Assembly (NCBI GenBank): GCA_001687465.1
Contig: LVLI01000201.1
Coordinates: 62,001 to 126,000, forward strand
DNA: 64,000 bases
From: Halocafeteria seosinensis
Taxonomy: Eukaryota
Direction of reading: 5' to 3'
The stretch's first letter is position 1, and every line of letters begins with the position of its first letter. A program made the position numbers and the translations under genes. A model generated the notes under the pieces. It had not been told where the DNA came from and ran no database searches. It saw nothing but the letters and a program-made list of their open reading frames with translations. Below, one piece after another: positions 23,529 through 35,171 of the stretch.

Positions 23529-26500
23529 ATGGAGCCTTCTTCCACTCCAAGGACACCCGTATCCGACGGTAATGTATCGTTTTCACCGTCGTCCGTGGTG
23601 GCGTCACCGACAACCGCGAGTGGAAGTAGTAATGAGACAAGAGGAATGGAATATCCCGCCCGCGGCGGTGTCGACTCGGGATTGCCCGTGTACCAGACTT
23701 CTGAGGCCGATATGATGCCTCCCCAGCAGCTTCCACCTCTCATGGAGCGCGATTCGCATCAATTTATCGGCGCGCAAGTGCCGCTGCGAACGACAAAAAG
23801 TGTCCGCGTTATCGACGATAAACCACCTCCGGACACGACGCAGGAAGGGGCAGGAATCTGGGGAGGCGCGTTAGGATTAGGAGGTGGCGGTAATCCTCTA
23901 CAGTACATGAAGACGTCACCGGGACGGCCTCGCTGGGATACAATCACGAGCACGCACTCGGGAGTGCTCACGCGAGCGGGTGCCGCGGGGACACTTTTTT
24001 CGAAAGAAGTTTGGTGCCGAGCGTGTAGGGTAAGTAAACCTTATTGGTCACAACACCAGAATGACTGCATATATACTTGCTCTATTCTGTGCGTCAGGGT
24101 GAAGAAGGGGGATTTTCGGAAACGTTCATTCGACACGTCTTGTTGCTCTCCATTGCTCTTATCTTGGGACTTGCTGGAGCTGGGATGAGGGGGAATGACA
24201 CAGCGCAGGAGTTGCGCTCCGGTGACATGCTCGTGTACAACATTATTCTGTATTTTTCCTTTATATGGTACGTCGTCAGCAATGTGTAACGTTTGACGAA
24301 GTGATGGAAGCATAATTTTTGACTCGAATTTGTCAGTGCGGCGTACACGGTAGCGGAATGGATTGAAGGGGCTTACTTTTGGCTCCTTCATAGAGTACTG
24401 ACTCCTTGTGGGAAATTCACGAGAACCGTGACATTTTATGCTTCAAGTTTTGATGGGACTTTGAGCAAGGCCATATGGACGGCAGCATGCGTACGTAAAT
24501 GTATTGAATATTCGCGGAGAAAGTCTAGCGTTGCACTGAACAACAAACATCTCCGCAGTGGTCGTTGTACGATCCCCTGTTCGATATATCTGTGCATAAC
24601 AATTGGCTTGATAAACTCTGGGCCACTATCCTCACCCTAACTTTAGTGAATGGCTTTCGGATGCTCGTTCAACGCTGGATACTGTCCAATCTATTGCGTT
24701 CGACATACGAAGGCAAAGTGGATCAGGTTTGTGAGCGTTATTTTGCCTTATCAGATGTCAAATTACAAGAGAGAAACTACAAATGCAGTTGTTAAAGAGA
24801 ATGCATGTCCTTAAACTGCTATCACGTTTCATTAAGAAGGAACAATTGAACTACAGAGGTAAGCGCCATTGAACTGTGCCAGCATTCTCAAGTATGAACT
24901 TGTTTGGGGTTTGCTGTTCAGCCTCGGCTGTAGATTGGGCAAGTGACCCTGATGCGGATATGACGACCGATGAAGGATACTTGCTGGAAAATAAAACTTC
25001 TTTAGCTGAAAAGTTGACCCATGTCAGAGCGGCAGATTTTAGGCTGCCTGACGCACACGGGAACGAAACGGTATTCAAACGCAGTCAAGACCTTACTCCA
25101 TTTGTTGAAGCAACATTCAGGCGGTTAACTCGGATACCTGCTTCCGTCATCCGAGAGGCAAGCAAGACGGCAAAGCGAGCGGCAATGCAAGTTTCGGAAG
25201 GATCGGCAACGGCTGGTACATTTGTTTCAGCGTCAGATGCAATATACTCGGAGGCAGTCGAAATACCTGAAGAGAAGAAACAACCTCCAAGTGCACATAG
25301 TCCTGGGGAAACCGTGATTGATGTTTCGTACCCGGTTAGCACGTTTGATTCTTCCCATGAAATGGAACAAAGTAAATCAACTTCGATGAGCGAGAAGAAG
25401 GACTCCGGTGCGGGTGAAAAAAAGGACGCCGCTACTGACGAAGCAAGTCACTCGTTGCCGATGCCTGAACGATCCAGAAACGAATCTCGTGTTCCGCAAA
25501 GACCCAAGACTTCGCATAGTGATCACGATTCGATTCCAGCTTCAAAATTTAGAGGGCTGAAAGGAATATTTGGTAGATCGTCCATAGACGATGCGAAGAG
25601 AACATCCGAAGGGAAGCACAATCCACAAGGCGAACTTAAACGGCCTCACTTTTTTCTGCTTCTGGGAAAAGCTTTAACTCCGCAAGCGATTGCACAGTTT
25701 GACTCGAATGGTAATGGATGCGTTTGCTATGACGAGTTTTCTGCTGAGTACTTTGATACGTTGAGGTATGTCTGTGCCTTCATCGCAGTGCTGACGAAGT
25801 ACAGTTCCTTATTATATCTACAAGTGGATGCAGAATGTATAAGAGCCTCCGTGAAAGTGAATCTAGTCATCAATCAGTGTCGAAAGCTATATACTACGTC
25901 GCAGTGGTGTTATCTTGTCTGCTGGCATTGATACTCGTCTTGCCGATCTGGGACATTTCTTTAACTGAAGTGTTCGTGCCAGTAGGTACGGTGGTAGATA
26001 TGCGAGCTGAATAATATGTTCAACACTTCTGTGAATCCTACAGGAACACTACTAGTTGCCATTTCATTTGCAATTAGTGGAACTTTACAAAACTTGCTTG
26101 CTTCGCTCATATTCCTAACTGTGGTGCAACCTTATGACGGTAAGGTTGATATTCCGTCTTGCTGGTGTATGGTCGATTCTCATCACTGTAGCCTTGCAGT
26201 TGGCGATCGTGTAACGTCGCCCTCACTGCTGAATGGCGAAACCCTATTCGTTGATAAAATAGATGTACTGACATCTACCTTCCGCCGTCTTAATGGGAAA
26301 AAGTTCATCGTTTCCAACGCCTTGATGTCTACGTACATTGTTGAGAATCACAAGCGTTCTAAGCCTGCCACATTTATTGTCGTCCTCAACGTTTCATACG
26401 ACACTTCCGCAGACCAACTAGCGCAATTGAAGAGCATTATGCTCGAATATTTGCGAGCCCACAGCCGTCAATGGAGACCAGAATTGGCTCTGTTGACAGA

Positions 26501-26780
26501 TTCTGCCAGCCCTGGACCGGACTACATCTTAACTATTAGCATCTGGATTACTCACCATCTAGGTTGGCAAGACGGACTTGATATATGGAGTTCCCATAGC
26601 GCATTTGTCATGCACGCAGTCGAAGCTATGAAACGCCTAGGTATTTCGTACCGCTTACCAGTCAGACCTGTTCAACTGATTGATGCTTCCGCAGACTCTA
26701 GTAGGTTTGACTATCTCCGCCGGCGGCCAGTTAGTCATAGACAGGAAACGGATCACGGAAACTTGATAAAATCGATTTGA
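23529..26780 (+). CDS. MscS-like mechanosensitive channel with EF-hand, copy 2 (tandem paralogue)
   Basis: Same motifs (FDSNGNGCVCYDEF, LIFLTVVQPYD, ENHKRSKPATFIV, RQWRPELALLTDSASPGPD) and matching intron sites. Confidence 0.9.
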
Positions 26781-26801
26781 TGTGATTCCTTTATCTCTTG
26801 T

Positions 26802-28485
26802 CTAGCATTCCCGGAAAAAGTGGCGCTCAGAGTCAATCCCATATAGTCGTATATCCCCTTCGAAGGTTGATGCCAGTAGTTTTCCATAATCTTTTGATGC
26901 AGGTAGTAAGTCCATGGAGGAAAATCCTGCGGCGCCATTCTCGGTATAGGTAGAAATGCACTGCCCCTCAGTGCCACCTTGCCACAGACGGAGGGTGGAG
27001 TCCTTCGAGGCGGAGCAACTGTTTTAAAGAGCGCACATATAAAGCAATAAGTTCAGCAAAAAAATTCCTATGCCACTATGGATATGCTTACACTAAACTG
27101 GTATCGGGTTTTGAGAGGAACGAGCACGCTACTGTATCTTTCGTGTGGCCGTGGAACGAGCCCTGTTTGGTATACTTGTAGGATCTGCTCTTGTTCGTAT
27201 CTCCATTGCCTTCATTCACGGGTCTTTCCGGAAACCGAATATCCCAAAGCTTCAATTCACATCCTCCGATATCAAAACCTTTACTCGACGTCACAATGTG
27301 AGTGCCATCGACGCTGATATCCATGTCTAGCTGTAGAGGACCCCGGTCGTTAGAGATCTAGAGCGACACTACATCCATTTCGAAACTACTCACAGGAAAA
27401 TACACATAGCCATCAAGAGTAAGAACCTCCTTGGGCCGGTGGACTCGACAATCCCATATTCGAACCTGCAGCGGAGTACACAGCCACTGCGTACTTTGGC
27501 AGTGGTATTCCCCCAAAACGACGCTTACATGTAAATCTTCAGCTCCTTGAGCAAATAGTACCGATTCACCTTCGTTCTCTTGGATGGATCCATTCCCCGA
27601 AGGAAACCACTGGAGACACGTTATTATGTTGCGTGGTTTATTCTTAAGCTCCGAAACGACTTTCTGTTGAGCAATATCCCAAATCTTCAAAGAGGTATCT
27701 CGCGAACCCGACACAGCCTTTTGACCGTGGTCTGTGATATCGGCTGCCGATACAGTCATCCCGTGTTCCCCGTGAAACAACTTTTCAAAAGAATAAGCTA
27801 ATTCTTCTTGTTCTGAGACAGACACTTGGTTCGGCTGGTTCTCAACTGGGTCACACGCATCGTTTTGTTTCCACTTCCAAAAGCCCACAGTGGCGTCTCT
27901 CGAGGCTGTCGCAACAATATTGGCTGCAGATGATACCGCTATCTGCGACAATTGACGGTTCCATGTCCGGATCGCCACATCAACAAACTTGCACGATTCC
28001 GCCGCGTACCTTGTTGACTGATTTTTTCGACGCGGCGAAGTGTCCTAAAAGCCTTTTCGTTTCGACGTCATGCATACTGACAGTCTGCCATGTGAGACCA
28101 AGAAATGAAAATTTCCTCCATATCGTGTTGTATATGCCCATCAGTAACTTACCCCTTCGGACCAGGAAGCGAACGCTGCCGGTGAATTCGTCTCCTCCTG
28201 CTCCTGTGGCATGGACGTGCATTTCAGGTGCGTCACGAAGGGAACATCTTCGGCATCGTACTCGTCACGTCGTAATATATTACGATGTAATAAAGGCGAG
28301 GTAAATGAATTCGGCTCACCATAGGCCTCAGGAGCTCCCCGCGGCGGGGACGAATTGCGGTATAAGTTGTACGAGGAGCCCTTCTGTGAGCTACTTCCAC
28401 CATCACCCGAAGTTAAAGAGTTTGTACTATCGTGCGAAGGCTCTTCGAACTCATTATGAACGGACTTGGAGCTGCATAAACCCAT
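26802..28485 (-). CDS. WDR31: WD40 repeat protein, WDR31-like, N-terminally acylated (MGLCSSK)
   Basis: ATASRD, VSGSRDTSLKIWD, RNIITCLQW, DISVDGTHIVTSSKGFDIGGCELKLWDIR, FHGH..DTVACSFL. Last exon CSASKDSTLRLW..REC* ends at 26802. Confidence 0.8.
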
Positions 28486-28739
28486 AATTCACTGCAATCG
28501 ATGTTGAAGTTTGGGCATTTAAATCCAGATACCCATGAAATCCAAGTTTTATTCAATGCCGATGAATGGATATACTACGGCGACGCTGTGCTGAAGATGG
28601 TGTATAAAGTTCGGGCATGACTTAACAATGTCATTCATCTGAGTGCACGGTGGAAGTGGGTTGACCTTCAGAACGCCCGGCTATAGAGGAGATGCAAACC
28701 GCCAGAAAAATGTTTAGCTATTTCTTGGAGAATTAACGT

Positions 28740-29812
28740 TGGTGATCAGACATTTTAGCTTCGTATTTCCCAACATCGTCGGATTCATTTGGCAGAACGA
28801 TTCGAAAAACACCGAGCCTCGTCCGTTCACACTACCTGAAGTCACACAACAAACGCAGTTCCCTTGCGTCCACTATGCTGCACAGCCACCACAAGCAATA
28901 CTAAAAAACTACAAGGAGCCTGTTCCAAGCAACTTCGACGAACCATAAAACTTACCGGTCTCCCAGACGACGTTTTCCCCGTATTCCCAACCAAACGACT
29001 CGTGAAGGCTTCCATCCGCACGAAAACACTGAAAGCTACCATGTGGCAGTTTCCCATGATTTGTGCAGACGCTACTACCATCCATAAGTTGCAAGGGAAG
29101 ACCATTGAGTCTCCATTGTGTGCCATTGCTCGTTACATCCTTCAGCAACTTATCCACCGCAAGCGCGTACACCGCAGTAACAAGATTGCGAACGATTGAC
29201 CAACTTTACATTCGCGATGCCATCAACAAACGCTACAATTGGAAGCCATCCAAACGACTTGCAGCCGCAATGCACTCTCTGGAGGAATCCAGCAAACAAC
29301 TACTTTCCTCCTTCCTGAAACAAGACCCACCCAACATCATTGATCCAAACCCGATGATCGTTTTCGAAGCACCTTCAACAATCTAGGAAGTTTAGCGCCT
29401 TCTTCCCGCTAACATTGCAAAATCCGCGGGAATCGCTGGTGAACACAAACTGTAGCCAACGGAGCAGGGTCATACACAGTATGAAGGAGGGCGGCGTTGT
29501 TGGTCCCTGTTGCTCTGCTCCAGTACTTCAACCACTCAGTGTTCTCATGTACCCTCTACCAAGGTTCACTCGCAGGACGGCGTTTAATGACGCGTAAGCC
29601 CCTCCGTTCAGAGGGACTTCCTCACGCTCCTGCGGGAGGCTGATAGCTCTCGGACTTAAGAGTAAGCCCTCTAACATGTTGTGTGCTATTCATGAGCATA
29701 CACCCGCAACCGTATGTACTGATCCTTACGAACAAGCCTGGTGATCAGACATTTTAGCATCGTAGTTCCCGATAGCTCTCGGACTCAAGAGTAAACCCTC
29801 AAAGATGTTGTG
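28740..29812. repeat. Two short direct-repeat pairs: 28740-28771 ~ 29739-29770 (32 bp, 2 mismatches) and 29642-29683 ~ 29771-29812 (42 bp, 4 mismatches)
   Basis: tggtgatcagacattttagc.tcgta.ttccc twice; gatagctctcggact.aagagtaa.ccctc.aa.atgttgtg twice. Confidence 0.9.
28775..29386 (+). mobile_element. Degenerate PIF1-family helicase fragment (Helitron/Helentron-like)
   Basis: LTGLPDDVFPVFP, QFPMICADATTIHKLQGKTI (motif V region) and SAYTAVTRLRTIDQLYI (motif VI), spread over different frames. Confidence 0.75.
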
Positions 29813-30237
29813 CCAAAAATGACGACCCACGTAAGCAGGTCAGGTACCTGAGATAAGATAACGACGTATCATTGATCAATGATCATCCGCTGCGATGACA
29901 AGTTATTTTGCAAATACTGTACAGCGAGGCGGAAAGTGTCCGAAACGCTCCGGCGAAACCCGAGTATATTGATATTCCCATAGCATCCCTTATCCTCATT
30001 GAGATCAATTCCTCATACATTGGTGAATAGTAGCGGACACACATCAGCAAAAGCGCACCAACCCACCCTCAAAAGCTTGCGTCTTAGCTTCACAAATACA
30101 TGTACTGTACAGAAATCCGCCAATTTATGCTCAGAATTATATACAGTATTCCTTGTTTTGAATGATAGGAGAAACATTAATAGTGCTATATTGACTACGT
30201 CGCTCTCAAAGGCTCTCACTGACCAGAATACACTGCA

Positions 30238-30460
30238 CTAGGATCCCACCAACGACCGGGGTTATCCGTTATTTCGAGACATGTCGGTGAACGACATTTG
30301 TAAGTGTTAACCTTTCTCCATGTGTGAAGAGGGCTACAGTATGCTTTGAGAATTGCATACTCTAGAGAGGGCGACGTAGAGCTGACCGTGCGAAAAGCAC
30401 GCGCCCCACGGAAACACGGAAATAACCATACATACGCGGTATATATCATTGTATTTCATT
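30238..30460 (-). mobile_element. Helitron 3' remnant: RepHel C-terminus plus candidate CTAG terminus
   Basis: CFSHGQLYVALSRV, then frameshifted TNVVHRHVSK*, then an imperfect GC hairpin and CTAG|T at 30241-30237 on the minus strand. Confidence 0.75.
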
Positions 30461-31088
30461 GAAACTGGAATTTCAAGTAACAAGTTGGCTTGGGAGTCAC
30501 AAATGTGTTGACGACAGTACGCATGTTCCATTCAAGGCAAGAAGCTCTGTAGAGAGGGTGCTCAGAATATTGGAGGTTGATGTATACCTTGTACATTACG
30601 CAAATCACTGGTTAAAGTAAAGTGCACATACATACACATGTGTGTGTGAGTGCAAAGTTGCTACGAGAATTGTATCATGTTCATCCGGATTTTGCACAGT
30701 TTGTTAAATTGAACGGTACCCGACATACATTTTACTTTCACTGAACGTAGATTAAGTGTCTGGTGTATTATACAGTGGTATATGGCACCGAACCAACAGA
30801 AGGTGAAGAATGAAGTACCGCTGTCGACGCGAAGCTAGCGAATCCCGCAGCTCGCAAACTGGAAAATTCGGGCTTCCAAGTAATCTATGTAAAGTCAGGG
30901 CGGGAATATCCCTGCGAGAAGCAATTCTAAGGCAACAGTCCTTTGTTGGTTTGTTTATAATGTTTGACGGCCATGTGGACTGGAAACATGTTACACATTT
31001 CGTACTGGTATTGTGTGGTTGTTTCATTTGAGACAAGGAAAAGCAGTCATTATGTCCAAAGTTTTCGTTTTAGACGAGAAATAAGATA

Positions 31089-33736
31089 ATGATACGTGTC
31101 TATGGTAGCATTTGTACAAAATGCACGCAACAGCTCCCTCGAGTGGCAGCATGTGTCTCTCCATGCAGTGCCTGGTTCCACACGAGCGCCGCTACAGCAC
31201 AACGAGGGTCCTCTCAGAGGACAATGAGCCTTCGGGACGTGACGAGACCATCAGAGATCATCGATCTCTTGAATGGTAAAGAGTGTGAGCTCGTGGAATT
31301 CGGACCAGCTCTCGTGAAATGCACAGGGTATTTCCATCAGGTGTCCAATGCCGAGAGAGCTGCTTCGCCAGGGTCCCACACGGTCAGCAATAGGAGGAAT
31401 AGAGGCGCTCCGTCGAGCAAACGCCCTCCAGTGGACGTAAGGGAGCTCGAGAAAGGACAGGAAGAGACCAAAGCTCTATGGGACATTGTGAAGCAACTCG
31501 AGGTAGCGCTTCTTCACAAAGGCGACACTCAGGAATTGCCACTAGGAGTGGCCGCTGATCTCTTGAACCCCTTGTGTTTTTTACTGATGCAGCAACATCG
31601 GAACTACGTGGATGTGGTGCGCAATGGTGGCCGTCGAGAGGATCAGCACTTAAGAGAACAGATTCTGCGGAAAGCATTCGAGTTAAGTCAGCAACTAGTC
31701 CACCACATGGAAAAACGAGTAGAGGAGCTACCGACAAATCGAGATGATTTCCGTAAAGTATTTCTCTCGCTTGCACGTGCGTCCACAACCGTACGAGTAC
31801 TTAAGGGTGGAAAGAGAAACAAGGTAGTTGATAATACTAATCTCAATGAGGTGGTCGATTCAATTATGCGGTTTGCCGCTAGAGTCTACAACAAGATCCT
31901 AGAAATACCAGCTAAGCCGATAGCTTCCAGTGATACCTTTCATAGTGCACCAGATCCTGGATTTGCTCGGATGGTTTGGGAAACGGGATTTTCACTGTTG
32001 GACTTCTTGATACGACACGAATTTATACAGGCAGGCTCTCCTGAAATTCGAGAGATTTTCAGGCGGCTTTCTCTTCACCAAGCTGGGTTTTTCTGCTTTA
32101 GCTTCTTCGAAAACTTTACTACACTCACAGAACTTCCATTCGAAGAATCGGTTATTCGGTCCCAGATAGCGATATTACAGGAAAGAATCAAATTGGCGTC
32201 AGACCAAGAACTGTACAGTTTACGAAATCAAGATCGGTTTAACGTGGTCGTCAGTGGCTCAACAGTTCACAAGAGTCCAACGGAGGAGGGTAATGAGGCA
32301 ATAGCTCGATTGATTAAGCTCGTCCGAGAGCAAGGTGGTGAGGGCACTGAATTAGTCTACCTATTATACAGATTTCGAGCTGCAGCTAAACTATGCTGGG
32401 CCAACCGTCCAATGTCTGCTTACGAAGACCGCGATGATGATCCGGCATCTACCCCCTTTATCTTGTATCAAGAATCATTGAAGTTATGTGAAGGCATCGC
32501 GGATTCTATTGTCAACAGTAGAGCTGCTAATCCAAAGTGCCGGGTGGATATAACTACGATTCCTGCGTATCATCTGTGCAGGCTTCTGCGTGCTATGGCG
32601 AGCATCGGTCATAGGGACCCCAATTTATATGAATGTATAGCCCAGGAGGTTTCGAAACGAATAAGGGGAGGTCAGTTTTGCAACAAAGAGCAGACGGTCT
32701 CCCAAGTGGCAAGAAGGAACAGTGGCTCCATCCAAGTGACAAGCCCAGCCGAAGTATCACATGATGACGACCTGTACGATCCCATAGTACATTCGTACAC
32801 TGAGCCTCTGTTGGCTTCATTTGTGGGTCATGACCTTGCTGTCTACTCCGTTTCTATGAAGGATCCTGAGCGTATTTTTCAGACATGCGTACTTCCTATC
32901 CTATCTTACATCACAGAGTGCTACCGTCCGCAGCTTGAGTCATTTCATGCGAAAGTATCTGACGCGATAGATACCTCGACTATGGAGGACTTGACCGCAA
33001 TCACAGAATCTGTGTATGACGAAGTGGATTTAGACTACCCTTTGGATCAGGTCGTTTCAAAGAATGTAATGAGTGGTCTTGCTGGTACTGACAGTTTTGA
33101 GTTGGGGACGGACAGCATCTCTCCTCTTTTTAAGACTCTTGCTGTTGCAGCCCGAGCTCAACACAACGTTCATATGGAAAGGATTTCGGAAAAATATGGC
33201 CATCCGTGTGAGTTAACAGTGGAGGGAAGGACCGTCCATATGAGCACGATGGAATTCGACGTAAGCTATTTATCAAACTGTTAGTGGAGTGGTGCAGAAT
33301 AGTTTTGTCTCTTTTCTCGCACAGGTTTACAAAATATTAGAAAATTTTGGTAGCAGCTTACCTCATATTCATTACATGACCAAGCAAGGACTTACGGTAG
33401 ACTTCGCATATCCTGATCAACGTATTGCGGTCGAAGTCGATGGTCCCTATCACTTCGACCCGGTGTTGCTAGAGAGTCAGAATCAGCAGGACCAACATGG
33501 TTTAACCCGGTTGAATGCGTTTTCTGTGTTTAAGCAGACAGTGCTGGAGAGGGAAGGCTGGAATGTAATACGGATCCCAGTATATGACTGGATAAGCTTG
33601 TTGAAAAACGAGGAGAAGGTAAGGGTCATCTTTCATCACTGTGCGTGCATTAATTCAGCCAACTTTACATTGCTAGCTGATTGACCAGATCGACTATCTA
33701 AAGAACATATTTCCGGAGAACATGTATACCGGTTGA
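31089..33736 (+). CDS. RAP-domain (FASTK-like) organellar RNA-processing protein
   Basis: VDFAYPDQRIAVEVDGPYHF..KQTVLEREGWNVIRIPVYDW. Introns 33261-33324 and 33619-33688. Mitochondrial-type N-terminus. Confidence 0.88.
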
Positions 33737-33769
33737 TTTATAAGTTAAATACAAAACGGTTGCCATGAC

Positions 33770-34771
33770 TTATTCCTCGTGGGGTCTGCCGGCTGGTTCT
33801 TCTCTTCCTAGGACTCGTCCTTGACCAACGAAAGGCTGTCTCCCTGGTGCTGCCGGCGCTGCACCAGGTCTACCAACTCCGGCTGCACGTCCTCTATAAT
33901 GACTTGGTACTTCATCCAGCCAGTTTGCTCTGCGGTCATCCTTATGAAACATATAGAAATTATTAATATGAGTTGCTGGCCGTTCGAATCAACTTACAAA
34001 AATTCAGGTGTGTATAAAAGGCGCAGGCCTTTGGTTTGAGGAAGCACCTCTTGGAAGAAGTAGTATATGTGTCCTATAATAATCCCCATCAAATCAGGAG
34101 TGGGATCATTCCCAAGCAGTATGCCAACGACTAACATTACCCACGGCAAATAAAACCCTTGGAACTTGAACCCAAAGAATGACATCACCTGTCAATCCAC
34201 ACAAGGCATAGAACGTGTGGAAACCATTATGACAACAAAGTAAAATGCCGATTACGTACTGCATGTGGGTTTTTTCTGCTCCAAACATACACAATCGTGA
34301 ATATAAGCGAAGGTCCCAGGAATGCCACGCCCAAGGCCAAGTCTCCCAACTGCAAACCTTTCCATTCATTCCATGACATGCCATCACATCCCATACAAGA
34401 GACAAGGGGGCAATACGTACACAGAGAATAAGTCCACAAACGATCAGCATAAAGACATAATCGGCCTTATTCCCCGTTCCAGTGCCTCCTCCACTCGGAT
34501 AAGGGTCCCGTTCGAGGTTGCTGCTGTATTTATACAGGATATAACACTGAAATACGAAGGGTAGGCTGAATTTCCCGAGGAAGAAGAAGTTCGTCACCAG
34601 CCTCCAGATTTCAAACTTATGCCAGATGGCCGACCAAATGAGAGGAAGCACGTAAACATTGACCATTCCCAATGAAACAGCGCATGTGGTGGCCACGCAT
34701 CCCGTCAACAAAGTACGCGTGACGGGCGGTATGCTATAGTACCACTCCTGTGGCGTCGTGGGCTCCGCCAT
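33770..34771 (-). CDS. DERL: Derlin (Der1 family ERAD rhomboid pseudoprotease)
   Basis: WYYSIPPVTR, EIWRLVTNFFF, YVWSRKNP, YLPWV, GIIIGHIYYF, C-terminal SHP box FVGQGRVLG. Three introns. Confidence 0.95.
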
Positions 34772-35171
34772 CGTCTTACAAGCGCAAGAACACTACTACT
34801 ACCACCTTCGGAAACAAGAAACAAAAAAAAAAAAAAAGCTCCAATAATCCCTTTACAACACTTTCGTCTGCGTAAGAAGACGACTTCCAAGTTGAAGAAC
34901 TGAATGCAGCAATCTTTTCGTCTACTTTGGAAGACACGTGTTGTTGCTCGTATCGTGGCGAAGCAACAGTGGAGGGGCAGCGGTATGGAGTAAGTGCCTT
35001 GATACGAAGAAGTGTCATTCAGATGTAATGCGAACAAAGTGAAGATTTATTTGCATGAAGTGTAGAAAAGATAAGCCGATTGGGAACCAGCTACCAGTTA
35101 GTGGTAGACGAGAAGTTAAATCCGGTTTGGCAGTTGCAAGGATAACTTTTTTCCAAGAGTAGGTATGGAGT

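Noticed and set aside
28740..29812. CRISPR-like repeats
   Set aside because: Only two copies of each unit, irregular spacing, no cas genes, eukaryotic context.
30622..30654. Imperfect palindrome tgcac(atac/ac)n..(tg)n gtgca
   Set aside because: Low-complexity CA/TG tract with no other support.
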